Shown here piece after piece: positions 1 to 12,400 of a stretch of DNA of 64,000 nucleotides. Location of the stretch: assembly GCA_964057225.1 (NCBI GenBank), contig OZ059895.1, forward strand, positions 16,120,001 through 16,184,000, given 5' to 3'. Source of the stretch: Auanema rhodensis. Taxonomy: Eukaryota; Animalia; Nematoda. The notes beneath the pieces were generated by a model. That model was given only the letters and a program-made list of their open reading frames with translations, made no database searches and was not told the DNA's origin. The position numbers and the translations under genes were made by a program. Within the stretch, counting starts at the first letter, position 1. Every line of letters begins with the position of its first letter.

Positions 1-403
1 TAAAATTACTTCTATACTACAGTTTTCTTTTCAGGAAATTGTGATCAATGAAGCTAAGGGAGAGACTTAGAATCGTAACGTTGGTATTCTGATAACGTGT
101 AGCCTCATATCCTCGGTAGTATAGTGGTGAGTATCCGCGTCTGTCACATGCGAGACCCGGGTTCAATTCCCGGCCGGGGAGAATGTTTTACACCTGTTCA
201 GTATGTTTTCTTCCAGGTAATGCCCTGAGGGTTAAATTATCCGTAAATATGTTGTTTCATTGGCAGAATAGTTAAGAACGGGATGGTCGCCAATATTGTT
301 GGGTTCTTCCCGCTTGAGTTGCAATTGAAACTTGATGGAATGTTTTTCCTCAAGATTCAGAAATTTAATAAAGTGAAACCCATATGAGATACCAAAGAAG
401 GTA
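1..403 (+). repeat. Left arm of an inverted repeat pairing with 13127-13446; probably continues past the window edge
   Basis: 1-282 is the reverse complement of 13164-13446, with 3 differences in 1-248 and 6 in 249-282. 370-403 matches 13127-13160. Left-arm 283-369 is absent from the right arm. Confidence 0.95.
110..181 (+). tRNA. tRNA-Asp (anticodon GTC)
   Basis: 72-nt cloverleaf TCCTCGGTAGTATAGTGGTGAGTATCCGCGTCTGTCACATGCGAGACCCGGGTTCAATTCCCGGCCGGGGAG with intact A and B boxes, anticodon loop CTGTCAC, and a T4 run at 186-189 as likely Pol III terminator. Confidence 0.98.
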
Positions 404-1067
404 AAAAAGAAAAACTAAATATCCGCTTCTCTTTTTCGTTAATTCCTGATGGATGAAAATAATAAAGAAGGCTTAAGCTAACTAGCCTGCAGTCATACAT
501 AGATCCATTAGTGATACTTCCATATATTATTACTATATGGTTTATTTGCAGAAATTTTAAAAAACAACACAACAGATTGTATAATATTACAAAACACATG
601 AAATATATATATGAAGACAAAGTTAAGCTAATACATCTTTTCTCTTGAGAATATGTTGGAATTAGAAAAAGTGTAATTGAGGTAACAGAAAACAATTTAT
701 CATTTATGAACTGAAAAAGATTTGATGAACTATAATTTTTGAAATAGCAACTTCATATATATGTGCACCTTTCAAGTTGATTTCTTGATTTTCTGTGCTT
801 ATGACGGCAGCTTGAAAATCAAAACAAAGTTATAACAAATGATTATCAAAATAATTTAATTATTCTATAACATCTGTTATTAAATATGTACCATTAACAG
901 ACATATAACAAGCCAAGCTGAATCCAACAGAGTAGGCTTGTTCTTTGTATTTAAATAGTTCTGTAGTAGATTAGTTCGAGTAAATAGATAATGTCCTTGA
1001 TAACAAAGTCATATATGGGTTTGTTTGTGTAAGAAGATTGAGTTTCTCTTAGTTCCAGTAAGTTCAT
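283..1067 (-). pseudogene. Possible degenerate multi-transmembrane gene fragment
   Basis: ATG at 1067, a plausible 44-nt intron, and hydrophobic segments (LLDSAWLVICLLM; CISLTLSSYIYFMCF; GYLVFLFYLLWYLIWVSLY). Every splice path I tried hits stop codons, and no family was recognised. Confidence 0.3.
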
Positions 1068-1273
1068 GACAGTAGAGATGGAAAAGTTACGTGAAAAGTC
1101 CCCACGTCATTAGCATAAAAGCACGTTTTCAAAAATGAAGGTCTCGCAATTTATGCTTAATATCCACGTGACGTCAACTACATTTCCTGAATATAGCAGA
1201 TTAAAATAACCACTAATTTTTTTTATTTATAATTGATTGAAACAGAAAAAAATAGAAATAGCATTTCATACGT

Positions 1274-2840
1274 TTATCCCTGTGGTCGAATATGATGCGT
1301 CGGTATGATTGTACTGATTCCCATAATACTAGCAGTACTACGTAATCGTCGACTTGTTACTGTGGTCATGGTTTTAGTGTCTTGAAGAAAAATAATAAAT
1401 TAATAATATAAGTACATAATTTGATTTACTATTTGAAATAAATTGGTTTGGCACGTATTTGGAAAACATTTTAATTATTCCTTGTCGGACAGATCGATTT
1501 AGAAGAATATATATATAGGGTGGAAAGCCTGTAATAATTGATGTATGTAAGTAGACAAAAATAAAATAAATAAAAGCATACATGTAGAGAGAATATATAG
1601 GACTCCGGTAGCTTGTTTTACTAGTAAATGGCAGTCAAAGAAGAAGTTCACAAGATATAGTAATGCTGCTATATTGCATAAACTAACTATAGCTAAACAT
1701 TGAAAGAAAAGCTGAAAATAGATGATTCAAAATGATTAAACGATCATGTTGAATATACTGTCACTTGACGACGTCTATCTATTATATTTCCAAAATTTTC
1801 GCGTAGATTTTTGGAGATGTTGAAACATAGAAATATGCTCAGAATGCTGTTGCACGAAACAACAATAGTATTATTGAAGATGAGTAGATGGCCAAAGTAC
1901 TGAACATGATTTAACTAATATTGATTATGATTTATATGGCACATACTTCAGATGTAGCATTTTCATAGATCTGCGGATCCCAATAGGCTAATCCAGTTTT
2001 AGGATCAAGTAATAACGACGGCTCATGCATCAAATAGTAAAAGCCGAATGTGATAACAAGTACAATGAGAACAGGTGTATATTTACCATTGAAGAGATTT
2101 GCTAGTCGCTTGTTTCTAAATATTTTCTTTTGTATTTGAAAAACAAATGCTTCAATGCATACTGCATAGATTTTAGTTCAACTATTCGATTAATAATCAG
2201 CACTGAAGACAGAAGTGATCCTGTTATCCAAGCACCTGAAAACATTCATTTACTTCTAACCAATTAAGTCTAGACATGGGCATCTAAGCCTGTTCTAACT
2301 GTAAACAAATGAAATAATTACTTGAAGCAATTGATCCAGTAATGTATAAGATATTAGGAGCATCACAGAATGTTGTACCATAATAGAAGATGACACCTGA
2401 AAATAGCTTCATGAGATGAAGAACATGCTTATGAAACAGATTTACATACCATACACAATACTATTAAAGATAGTTCCACACATATCACATACTGATATCA
2501 CAACCATAATCTTATAGGCTGGATAGACAATATTTGCTGGTTCCAACATCACTTTTACACAGAGAATGAAGAAAAACTATAAATGAATAGATTGAGATTT
2601 GTTTATGAAGATCATAGACTGACTTCATTAATGATACCAAGAGTTATACAGATAATACCATAGATATGAGCTGGTTGAGTGAATGCTTTCTCAGTAAGTT
2701 CAACACTACGAGCACTTCAATACAAACATTTAGATAATTAGGAAAATAAGTTTTAAGCTATGCTTAAGCTTTGATCTAACAAACCTGCAATTGTATAAAG
2801 GATCATTGATGATATTACCATATCTGATGATGCGTTCCAT
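1274..2840 (-). CDS. Serpentine 7TM chemoreceptor, srt family (about 10 exons)
   Basis: Spliced translation MERIIRYGNIINDPLYNCSARS...YGIICITLGIINE...YKIMVVISVCDM...FCDAPNILYITGS...LIINRIVEL...WDPQIY...FNNTIVV...LFFQCL...PPYIYILLNRSVRQG matches remembered srt motifs (PLYNC, YKIM, NR, FDP, NN, YLxLNxTIR). GT-AG introns keep the frame. The last exon (stop at 1274) is less certain; an alternative stop lies at 1374. Confidence 0.88.
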
Positions 2841-3420
2841 TCTGACAATGTTTTTGATTGTTTTCAATTCTAAATCTATTGTTATAAAAATACTTTATAT
2901 AGTTATAGATATATTATAATGAAATGAAAATAATATAAGAAATAAGAGAATTATCAAACAATACATTCAAAGTAATAGATCGAACTATGCTTCGAAGCTT
3001 CACAATTATGAATAAGAGTGTTCTCAACATAGACTATGAAAGTTGTATCTTACTTTCAAGTAATCTACTTGAAGCTAATTATCGAAAACTAATTCTGAAG
3101 CTTGTTATAATTTCTAAAAAGCACATACCTGCATCACACAGTATTACTAAACTAAGGAGAATTGTCGACAGATGAACATTCAAAAGGACAAATTCATTCA
3201 TATTCAGAGTTCCATTGAATTCTTTCGTCATTAACTGATAAAGTTGTCAACACAACGTTTGAGAAACACCTCAGAATAGAACACACGATCCGAAATTAAA
3301 AATTAGATTTTGATAATAAAATGAAATATATAAACATCTGCTTACAATAAAAATAATGATTTTCAATGAATTTACATCTTTGATTTGAAGATTTATTAAA
3401 GTTGTTAACTCCATTCGTCG

Positions 3421-6400
3421 AGTTCAGGCTGTACACACGTTGTGCCCGGTGAATGTTCGGTTTTCTCAAAGTACATCGATTGAAATCAACTAAAAATACT
3501 TTGAGGTTGGGTAGTCAGATGTGTAGAATCTGAAATTCCAAATGAGATTTCGCTAGGTATTCTCCAGTTTCCCGAAAAATGGTTTATATCGACCCCATCC
3601 ACAAGATTTGTTCACAAAAAAGTTCAGGCTGTACACACGTTGTGCCCGGTGAATGTTCGGTTTTCTTAAAGTACATCGATTGAAATCAAATAAAAATACT
3701 TTGAGGTTGGGTAGTCAGATGTGTAGAATCTGAAATTCCAAATGAGATTTGGCTAGGTATTCTCCAGTTTCCGGAAAAATGGTTTATATCGACCCCATCC
3801 ACAAGATTTGTTCACAAAAAAGTTCAGGCTGTACACACGTTGTGCCCGGTGAATGTTCGGTTTTCTCAAAGTACATCGATTGAAATCAAATAAAAATACT
3901 TTGAGGTTGGGTAGTCAGATGTGTAGAATCTGAAATTCCAAATGAGATTTGGCTAGGTATTCTCCAGTTTCCGGAAAAATGGTTTATATCGACCCCATCC
4001 ACAAGATTTGTTCACAAAAAAGTTCAGGCTGTACACACGTTGTGCCCGGTGAATGTTCGGTTTTCTCAAAGTACATCGATTGAAATCAACTAAAAATACT
4101 TTGAGGTTGGGTAGTCAGATGTGTAGAATCTGAAATTCCAAATGAGATTTGGCTAGGTATTCTCCAGTTTCCGGAAAAATGGTTTATATCGACCCCATCC
4201 ACAAGATTTGTTCACAAAAAAGTTCAGGCTGTACACACGTTGTGCCCGGTGAATGTTCGGTTTTCTCAAAGTACATCGATTGAAATCAAATAAAAATACT
4301 TTGAGGTTGGGTAGTCAGATGTGTAGAATCTGAAATTCCAAATGAGATTTGGCTAGGTATTCTCCAGTTTCCGGAAAAATGGTTTATATCGACCCCATCC
4401 ACAAGATTTGTTCACAAAAAAGTTCAGGCTGTACACACGTTGTGCCCGGTGAATGTTCGGTTTTCTCAAAGTACATCGATTGAAATCAAATAAAAATACT
4501 TTGAGGTTGGGTAGTCAGATGTGTAGAATCTGAAATTCCAAATGAGATTTGGCTAGGTATTCTCCAGTTTCCGGAAAAGTGGTTTATATCGACCCCATCC
4601 ACAAGATTTGTTCACAAAAAAGTTCAGGCTGTACACACGTTGTGCCCGGTGAATGTTCGGTTTTCTCAAAGTACATCGATTGAAATCAACTAAAAATACT
4701 TTGAGGTTGGGTAGTCAGATGTGTAGAATCTGAAATTCCAAATGAGATTTCGCTAGGTATTCTCCAGTTTCCCGAAAAATGGTTTATATCGATCCCATCC
4801 ACAAGATTTCTTCACAAAAAAGTTCAGGCTGTACACACGTTGTGCCCGGTGAATGTTCGGTTTTCTCGAAGTACATCGATTGAAATCAAATAAAAATACT
4901 TTGAGGTTGGGTAGTCAGATGTGTAGAATCTGAAATTCCAAATGAGATTTGGCGAGGTATTATCCAGTTTCCGGAAAAATGGTTTATATCGACCCCATCC
5001 ACAAGATTTGTTCACAAAAAAGTTCAGGCTGTACACACGTTGTGCCCGGTGAATGTTCGGTTTTCTCAAAGTACATCGATTGAAATCAAATAAAAATACT
5101 TTGAGGTTGGGTAGTCAGATGTGTAGAATCTGAAATTCCAAATGAGATTTGGCTAGGTATTCTCCAGTTTCCGGAAAAATGGTTTATATCGACCCCATCC
5201 ACAAGATTTGTTCACAAAAAAGTTCAGGCTGTACACACGTTGTGCCCGGTGAATGTTCGGTTTTCTCAAAGTACATCGATTGAAATCAAATAAAAATACT
5301 TTGAGGTTGGGTAGTCAGATGTGTAGAATCTGAAATTCCAAATGAGATTTGGCTAGGTATTCTCCAGTTTCCGGAAAAATGGTTTATATCGACCCCATCC
5401 ACAAGATTTGTTCACAAAAAAGTTCAGGCTGTACACACGTTGTGCCCGGTGAATGTTCGGTTTTCTCAAAGTACATCGATTGAAATCAAATAAAAATACT
5501 TTGAGGTTGGGTAGTCAGATGTGTAGAATCTGAAATTCCAAATGAAATTTGGCTAGGTATTCTCCAGTTTCCGGAAAAATGGTTTATATCGACCCCATCC
5601 ACAAGATTTGTTCACAAAAAAGTTCAGGCTGTACACACGTTGTGCCCGGTGAATGTTCGGTTTTCTCAAAGTACATCGATTGAAATCAACTAAAAATACT
5701 TTGAGATTGGGTAATCAGATGTGAAGAATCTGAAATTCCAAATGAGATTTGGCGAAGTATTCTCCAGTTTCCGGAAAAATGGTTTATATCGACCCCATCC
5801 ACAAGATTTGTTCACAAAAAAGTTCAGGCTGTACACACGTTGTGCCCGGTGAATGTTCGGTTTTCTCAAAGTACATCGATTGAAATCAAATAAAAATACT
5901 TTGAGGTTGGGTAGTCAGATGTGTAGAATCTGAAATTCCAAATGAGATTTCGCTAGGTATTCTCCAGTTTCCCGAAAAATGGTTTATATCGATCCCATCC
6001 ACAAGATTTGTTCACAAAAAAGTTCAGGCTGTACACACGTTGTGCCCGGTGAATGTTCGGTTTTCTCGAAGTACATCGATTGAAATCAAATAAAAATACT
6101 TTGAGGTTGGGTAGTCAGATGTGTAGAATCTGAAATTCCAAATGAGATTTGGCTAGGTATTCTCCAGTTTCCGGAAAAATGGTTTATATCGACCCCATCC
6201 ACAAGATTTGTTCACAAAAAAGTTCAGGCTGTACACACGTTGTGCCCGGTGAATGTTCGGTTTTCTCAAAGTACATCGATTGAAATCAAATAAAAATACT
6301 TTGAGGTTGGGTAGTCAGATGTGTAGAATCTGAAATTCCAAATGAGATTTGGCTAGGTATTCTCCAGTTTCCGGAAAAATGGTTTATATCGACCCCATCC

Positions 6401-9400
6401 ACAAGATTTGTTCACAAAAAAGTTCAGGCTGTACACACGTTGTGCCCGGTGAATGTTCGGTTTTCTCAAAGTACATCGATTGAAATCAACTAAAAATACT
6501 TTGAGGTTGGGTAGTCAGATGTGTAGAATCTGAAATTCCAAATGAGATTTGGCTAGGTATTCTCCAGTTTCCGGAAAAATGGTTTATATAGACCCCATCC
6601 ACAAGATTTGTTCACAAAAAAGTTCAGGCTGTACACACGTTGTGCCCGGTGAATGTTCGGTTTTCTCGAAGTACATCGATTGAAATCAACTAAAAATACT
6701 TTGAGGTTGGGTAGTCAGATGTGTAGAATCTGAAATTCCAAATGAGATTTGGCTAGGTATTCTCCAGTTTCCGGAAAAATGGTTTATATCGACCCCATCC
6801 ACAAGATTTGTTCACAAAAAAGTTCAGGCTGTACACACGTTGTGCCCGGTGAATGTTCGGTTTTCTCAAAGTACATCGATTGAAATCAACTAAAAATACT
6901 TTGAGGTTGGGTAGTCAGATGTGTAGAATCTGAAATTCCAAATGAAATTTGGCTAGGTATTCTCCAGTTTCCGGAAAAATGGTTTATATCGACCCCATCC
7001 ACAAGATTTGTTCACAAAAAAGTTCAGGCTGTACACACGTTGTGCCCGGTGAATGTTCGGTTTTCTCGAAGTACATCGATTGAAATCAACTAAAAATACT
7101 TTGAGATTGGGTAATCAGATGTGAAGAATCTGAAATTCCAAATGAGATTTGGCGAAGTATTCTCCAGTTTCCGGAAAAATGGTTTATATCGACCCCATCC
7201 ACAAGATTTGTTCACAAAAAAGTTCAGGCTGTACACACGTTGTGCCCGGTGAATGTTCGGTTTTCTCAAAGTACATCGATTGAAATCAAATAAAAATACT
7301 TTGAGGTTGGGTAGTCAGATGTGTAGAATCTGAAATTCCAAATGAAATTTGGCTAGGTATTCTCCAGTTTCCGGAAAAATGGTTTATATCGACCCCATCC
7401 ACAAGATTTGTTCACAAAAAAGTTCAGGCTGTACACACGTTGTGCCCGGTGAATGTTCGGTTTTCTCAAAGTACATCGATTGAAATCAAATAAAAATACT
7501 TTGAGGTTGGGTAGTCAGATGTGTAGAATCTGAAATTCCAAATGAAATTTGGCTAGGTATTCTCCAGTTTCCGGAAAAATGGTTTATATCGACCCCATCC
7601 ACAAGATTTGTTCACAAAAAAGTTCAGGCTGTACACACGTTGTGCCCGGTGAATGTTCGGTTTTCTCAAAGTACATCGATTGAAATCAACTAAAAATACT
7701 TTGAGATTGGGTAATCAGATGTGAAGAATCTGAAATTCCAAATGAGATTTGGCGAAGTATTCTCCAGTTTCCGGAAAAATGGTTTATATCGACCCCATCC
7801 ACAAGATTTGTTCACAAAAAAGTTCAGGCTGTACACACGTTGTGCCCGGTGAATGTTCGGTTTTCTCAAAGTACATCGATTGAAATCAACTAAAAATACT
7901 TTGAGATTGGGTAATCAGATGTGAAGAATCTGAAATTCCAAATGAGATTTGGCGAAGTATTCTCCAGTTTCCGGAAAAATGGTTTATATCGACCCCATCC
8001 ACAAGATTTGTTCACAAAAAAGTTCAGGCTGTACACACGTTGTGCCCGGTGAATGTTCGGTTTTCTCAAAGTACATCGATTGAAATCAAATAAAAATACT
8101 TTGAGGTTGGGTAGTCAGATGTGTAGAATCTGAAATTCCAAATGAGATTTCGCTAGGTATTCTCCAGTTTCCCGAAAAATGGTTTATATCGATCCCATCC
8201 ACAAGATTTGTTCACAAAAAAGTTCAGGCTGTACACACGTTGTGCCCGGTGAATGTTCGGTTTTCTCGAAGTACATCGATTGAAATCAAATAAAAATACT
8301 TTGAGGTTGGGTAGTCAGATGTGTAGAATCTGAAATTCCAAATGAGATTTGGCTAGGTATTCTCCAGTTTCCGGAAAAATGGTTTATATCGACCCCATCC
8401 ACAAGATTTGTTCACAAAAAAGTTCAGGCTGTACACACGTTGTGCCCGGTGAATGTTCGGTTTTCTCAAAGTACATCGATTGAAATCAAATAAAAATACT
8501 TTGAGGTTGGGTAGTCAGATGTGTAGAATCTGAAATTCCAAATGAGATTTGGCTAGGTATTCTCCAGTTTCCGGAAAAATGGTTTATATCGACCCCATCC
8601 ACAAGATTTGTTCACAAAAAAGTTCAGGCTGTACACACGTTGTGCCCGGTGAATGTTCGGTTTTCTCAAAGTACATCGATTGAAATCAACTAAAAATACT
8701 TTGAGGTTGGGTAGTCAGATGTGTAGAATCTGAAATTCCAAATGAGATTTGGCTAGGTATTCTCCAGTTTCCGGAAAAATGGTTTATATCGACCCCATCC
8801 ACAAGATTTGTTCACAAAAAAGTTCAGGCTGTACACACGTTGTGCCCGGTGAATGTTCGGTTTTCTCGAAGTACATCGATTGAAATCAACTAAAAATACT
8901 TTGAGGTTGGGTAGTCAGATGTGTAGAATCTGAAATTCCAAATGAGATTTGGCTAGGTATTCTCCAGTTTCCGGAAAAATGGTTTATATCGACCCCATCC
9001 ACAAGATTTGTTCACAAAAAAGTTCAGGCTGTACACACGTTGTGCCCGGTGAATGTTCGGTTTTCTCAAAGTACATCGATTGAAATCAACTAAAAATACT
9101 TTGAGGTTGGGTAGTCAGATGTGTAGAATCTGAAATTCCAAATGAAATTTGGCTAGGTATTCTCCAGTTTCCGGAAAAATGGTTTATATCGACCCCATCC
9201 ACAAGATTTGTTCACAAAAAAGTTCAGGCTGTACACACGTTGTGCCCGGTGAATGTTCGGTTTTCTCGAAGTACATCGATTGAAATCAACTAAAAATACT
9301 TTGAGATTGGGTAATCAGATGTGAAGAATCTGAAATTCCAAATGAGATTTGGCGAAGTATTCTCCAGTTTCCGGAAAAATGGTTTATATCGACCCCATCC

Positions 9401-12400
9401 ACAAGATTTGTTCACAAAAAAGTTCAGGCTGTACACACGTTGTGCCCGGTGAATGTTCGGTTTTCTCAAAGTACATCGATTGAAATCAAATAAAAATACT
9501 TTGAGGTTGGGTAGTCAGATGTGTAGAATCTGAAATTCCAAATGAAATTTGGCTAGGTATTCTCCAGTTTCCGGAAAAATGGTTTATATCGACCCCATCC
9601 ACAAGATTTGTTCACAAAAAAGTTCAGGCTGTACACACGTTGTGCCCGGTGAATGTTCGGTTTTCTCAAAGTACATCGATTGAAATCAAATAAAAATACT
9701 TTGAGGTTGGGTAGTCAGATGTGTAGAATCTGAAATTCCAAATGAGATTTCGCTAGGTATTATCAAGTTTCCGGAAAAATGGTTTATATCGACCCCATCC
9801 ACAAGATTTGTTCACAAAAAAGTTCAGGCTGTACACACGTTGTGCCCGGTGAATGTTCGGTTTTCTCAAAGTACATCGATTGAAATCAAATAAAAATACT
9901 TTGAGGTTGGGTAGTCAGATGTGTAGAATCTGAAATTCCAAATGAAATTTGGCTAGGTATTCTCCAGTTTCCGGAAAAATGGTTTATATCGACCCCATCC
10001 ACAAGATTTGTTCACAAAAAAGTTCAGGCTGTACACACGTTGTGCCCGGTGAATGTTCGGTTTTCTCAAAGTACATCGATTGAAATCAAATAAAAATACT
10101 TTGAGGTTGGGTAGTCAGATGTGTAGAATCTGAAATTCCAAATGAAATTTGGCTAGGTATTCTCCAGTTTCCGGAAAAATGGTTTATATCGACCCCATCC
10201 ACAAGATTTGTTCACAAAAAAGTTCAGGCTGTACACACGTTGTGCCCGGTGAATGTTCGGTTTTCTCAAAGTACATCGATTGAAATCAACTAAAAATACT
10301 TTGAGATTGGGTAATCAGATGTGAAGAATCTGAAATTCCAAATGAGATTTGGCGAAGTATTCTCCAGTTTCCGGAAAAATGGTTTATATCGACCCCATCC
10401 ACAAGATTTGTTCACAAAAAAGTTCAGGCTGTACACACGTTGTGCCCGGTGAATGTTCGGTTTTCTCAAAGTACATCGATTGAAATCAAATAAAAATACT
10501 TTGAGGTTGGGTAGTCAGATGTGTAGAATCTGAAATTCCAAATGAAATTTGGCTCGGTATTCTCCAGTTTCCGGAAAAATGGTTTATATCGACCCCATCC
10601 ACAAGATTTGTTCACAAAAAAGTTCAGGCTGTACACACGTTGTGCCCGGTGAATGTTCGGTTTTCTCAAAGTACATCGATTGAAATCAACTAAAAATACT
10701 TTGAGATTGGGTAATCAGATGTGAAGAATCTGAAATTCCAAATGAGATTTGGCGAAGTATTCTCCAGTTTCCGGAAAAATGGTTTATATCGACCCCATCC
10801 ACAAGATTTGTTCACAAAAAAGTTCAGGCTGTACACACGTTGTGCCCGGTGAATGTTCGGTTTTCTCGAAGTACATCGATTGAAATCAACTAAAAATACT
10901 TTGAGATTGGGTAATCAGATGTGAAGAATCTGAAATTCCAAATGAGATTTGGCGAAGTATTCTCCAGTTTCCGGAAAAATGGTTTATATCGACCCCATCC
11001 ACAAGATTTGTTCACAAAAAAGTTCAGGCTGTACACACGTTGTGCCCGGTGAATGTTCGGTTTTCTCAAAGTACATCGATTGAAATCAAATAAAAATACT
11101 TTGAGATTGGGTAGTCAGATGTGTAGAATCTGAAATTCCAAATGAGATTTGGCGAGGTATTCTCCAGTTTCCGGAAAAATGGTTTATATCGACCCCATCC
11201 ACAAGATTTGTTCACAAAAAAGTTCAGGCTGTACACACGTTGTGCCCGGTGAATGTTCGGTTTTCTCGAAGTACATCGATTGAAATCAACTAAAAATACT
11301 TTGAGGTTGGGTAGTCAGATGTGTAGAATCTGAAATTCCAAATGAGATTTCGCTAGGTATTATCCAGTTTCCGGAAAAATGGTTTATATCGACCCCATCC
11401 ACAAGATTTGTTCACAAAAAAGTTCAGGCTGTACACACGTTGTGCCCGGTGAATGTTCGGTTTTCTCAAAGTACATCGATTGAAATCAAATAAAAATACT
11501 TTGAGATTGGGTAGTCAGATGTGTAGAATCTGAAATTCCAAATGAGATTTCGCTAGGTATTATCCAGTTTCCGGAAAAATGGTTTATATCGACCCCATCC
11601 ACAAGATTTGTTCACAAAAAAGTTCAGGCTGTACACACGTTGTGCCCGGTGAATGTTCGGTTTTCTCGAAGTACATCGATTGAAATCAACTAAAAATACT
11701 TTGAGATTGGGTAATCAGATGTGAAGAATCTGAAATTCCAAATGAGATTTGGCGAAGTATTCTCCAGTTTCCGGAAAAATGGTTTATATCGACCCCATCC
11801 ACAAGATTTGTTCACAAAAAAGTTCAGGCTGTACACACGTTGTGCCCGGTGAATGTTCGGTTTTCTCGAAGTACATCGATTGAAATCAAATAAAAATACT
11901 TTGAGGTTGGGTAGTCAGATGTGTAGAATCTGAAATTCCAAATGAGATTTCGCTAGGTATTATCCAGTTTCCGGAAAAATGGTTTATATCGACCCCATCC
12001 ACAAGATTTGTTCACAAAAAAGTTCAGGCTGTACACACGTTGTGCCCGGTGAATGTTCGGTTTTCTCGAAGTACATCGATTGAAATCAAATAAAAATACT
12101 TTGAGGTTGGGTAGTCAGATGTGTAGAATCTGAAATTCCAAATGAGATTTCGCTAGGTATTATCCAGTTTCCGGAAAAATGGTTTATATCGACCCCATCC
12201 ACAAGATTTGTTCACAAAAAAGTTCAGGCTGTACACACGTTGTGCCCGGTGAATGTTCGGTTTTCTCGAAGTACATCGATTGAAATCAACTAAAAATACT
12301 TTGAGATTGGGTAATCAGATGTGAAGAATCTGAAATTCCAAATGAGATTTGGCGAAGTATTCTCCAGTTTCCGGAAAAATGGTTTATATCGACCCCATCC

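Noticed and set aside
4824-10669. ORFs inside the satellite (4824-5069, 10466-10669)
   Set aside because: They arise only where a variant removes a stop, start at non-ATG codons, and the 200-bp period shifts the frame in every unit.
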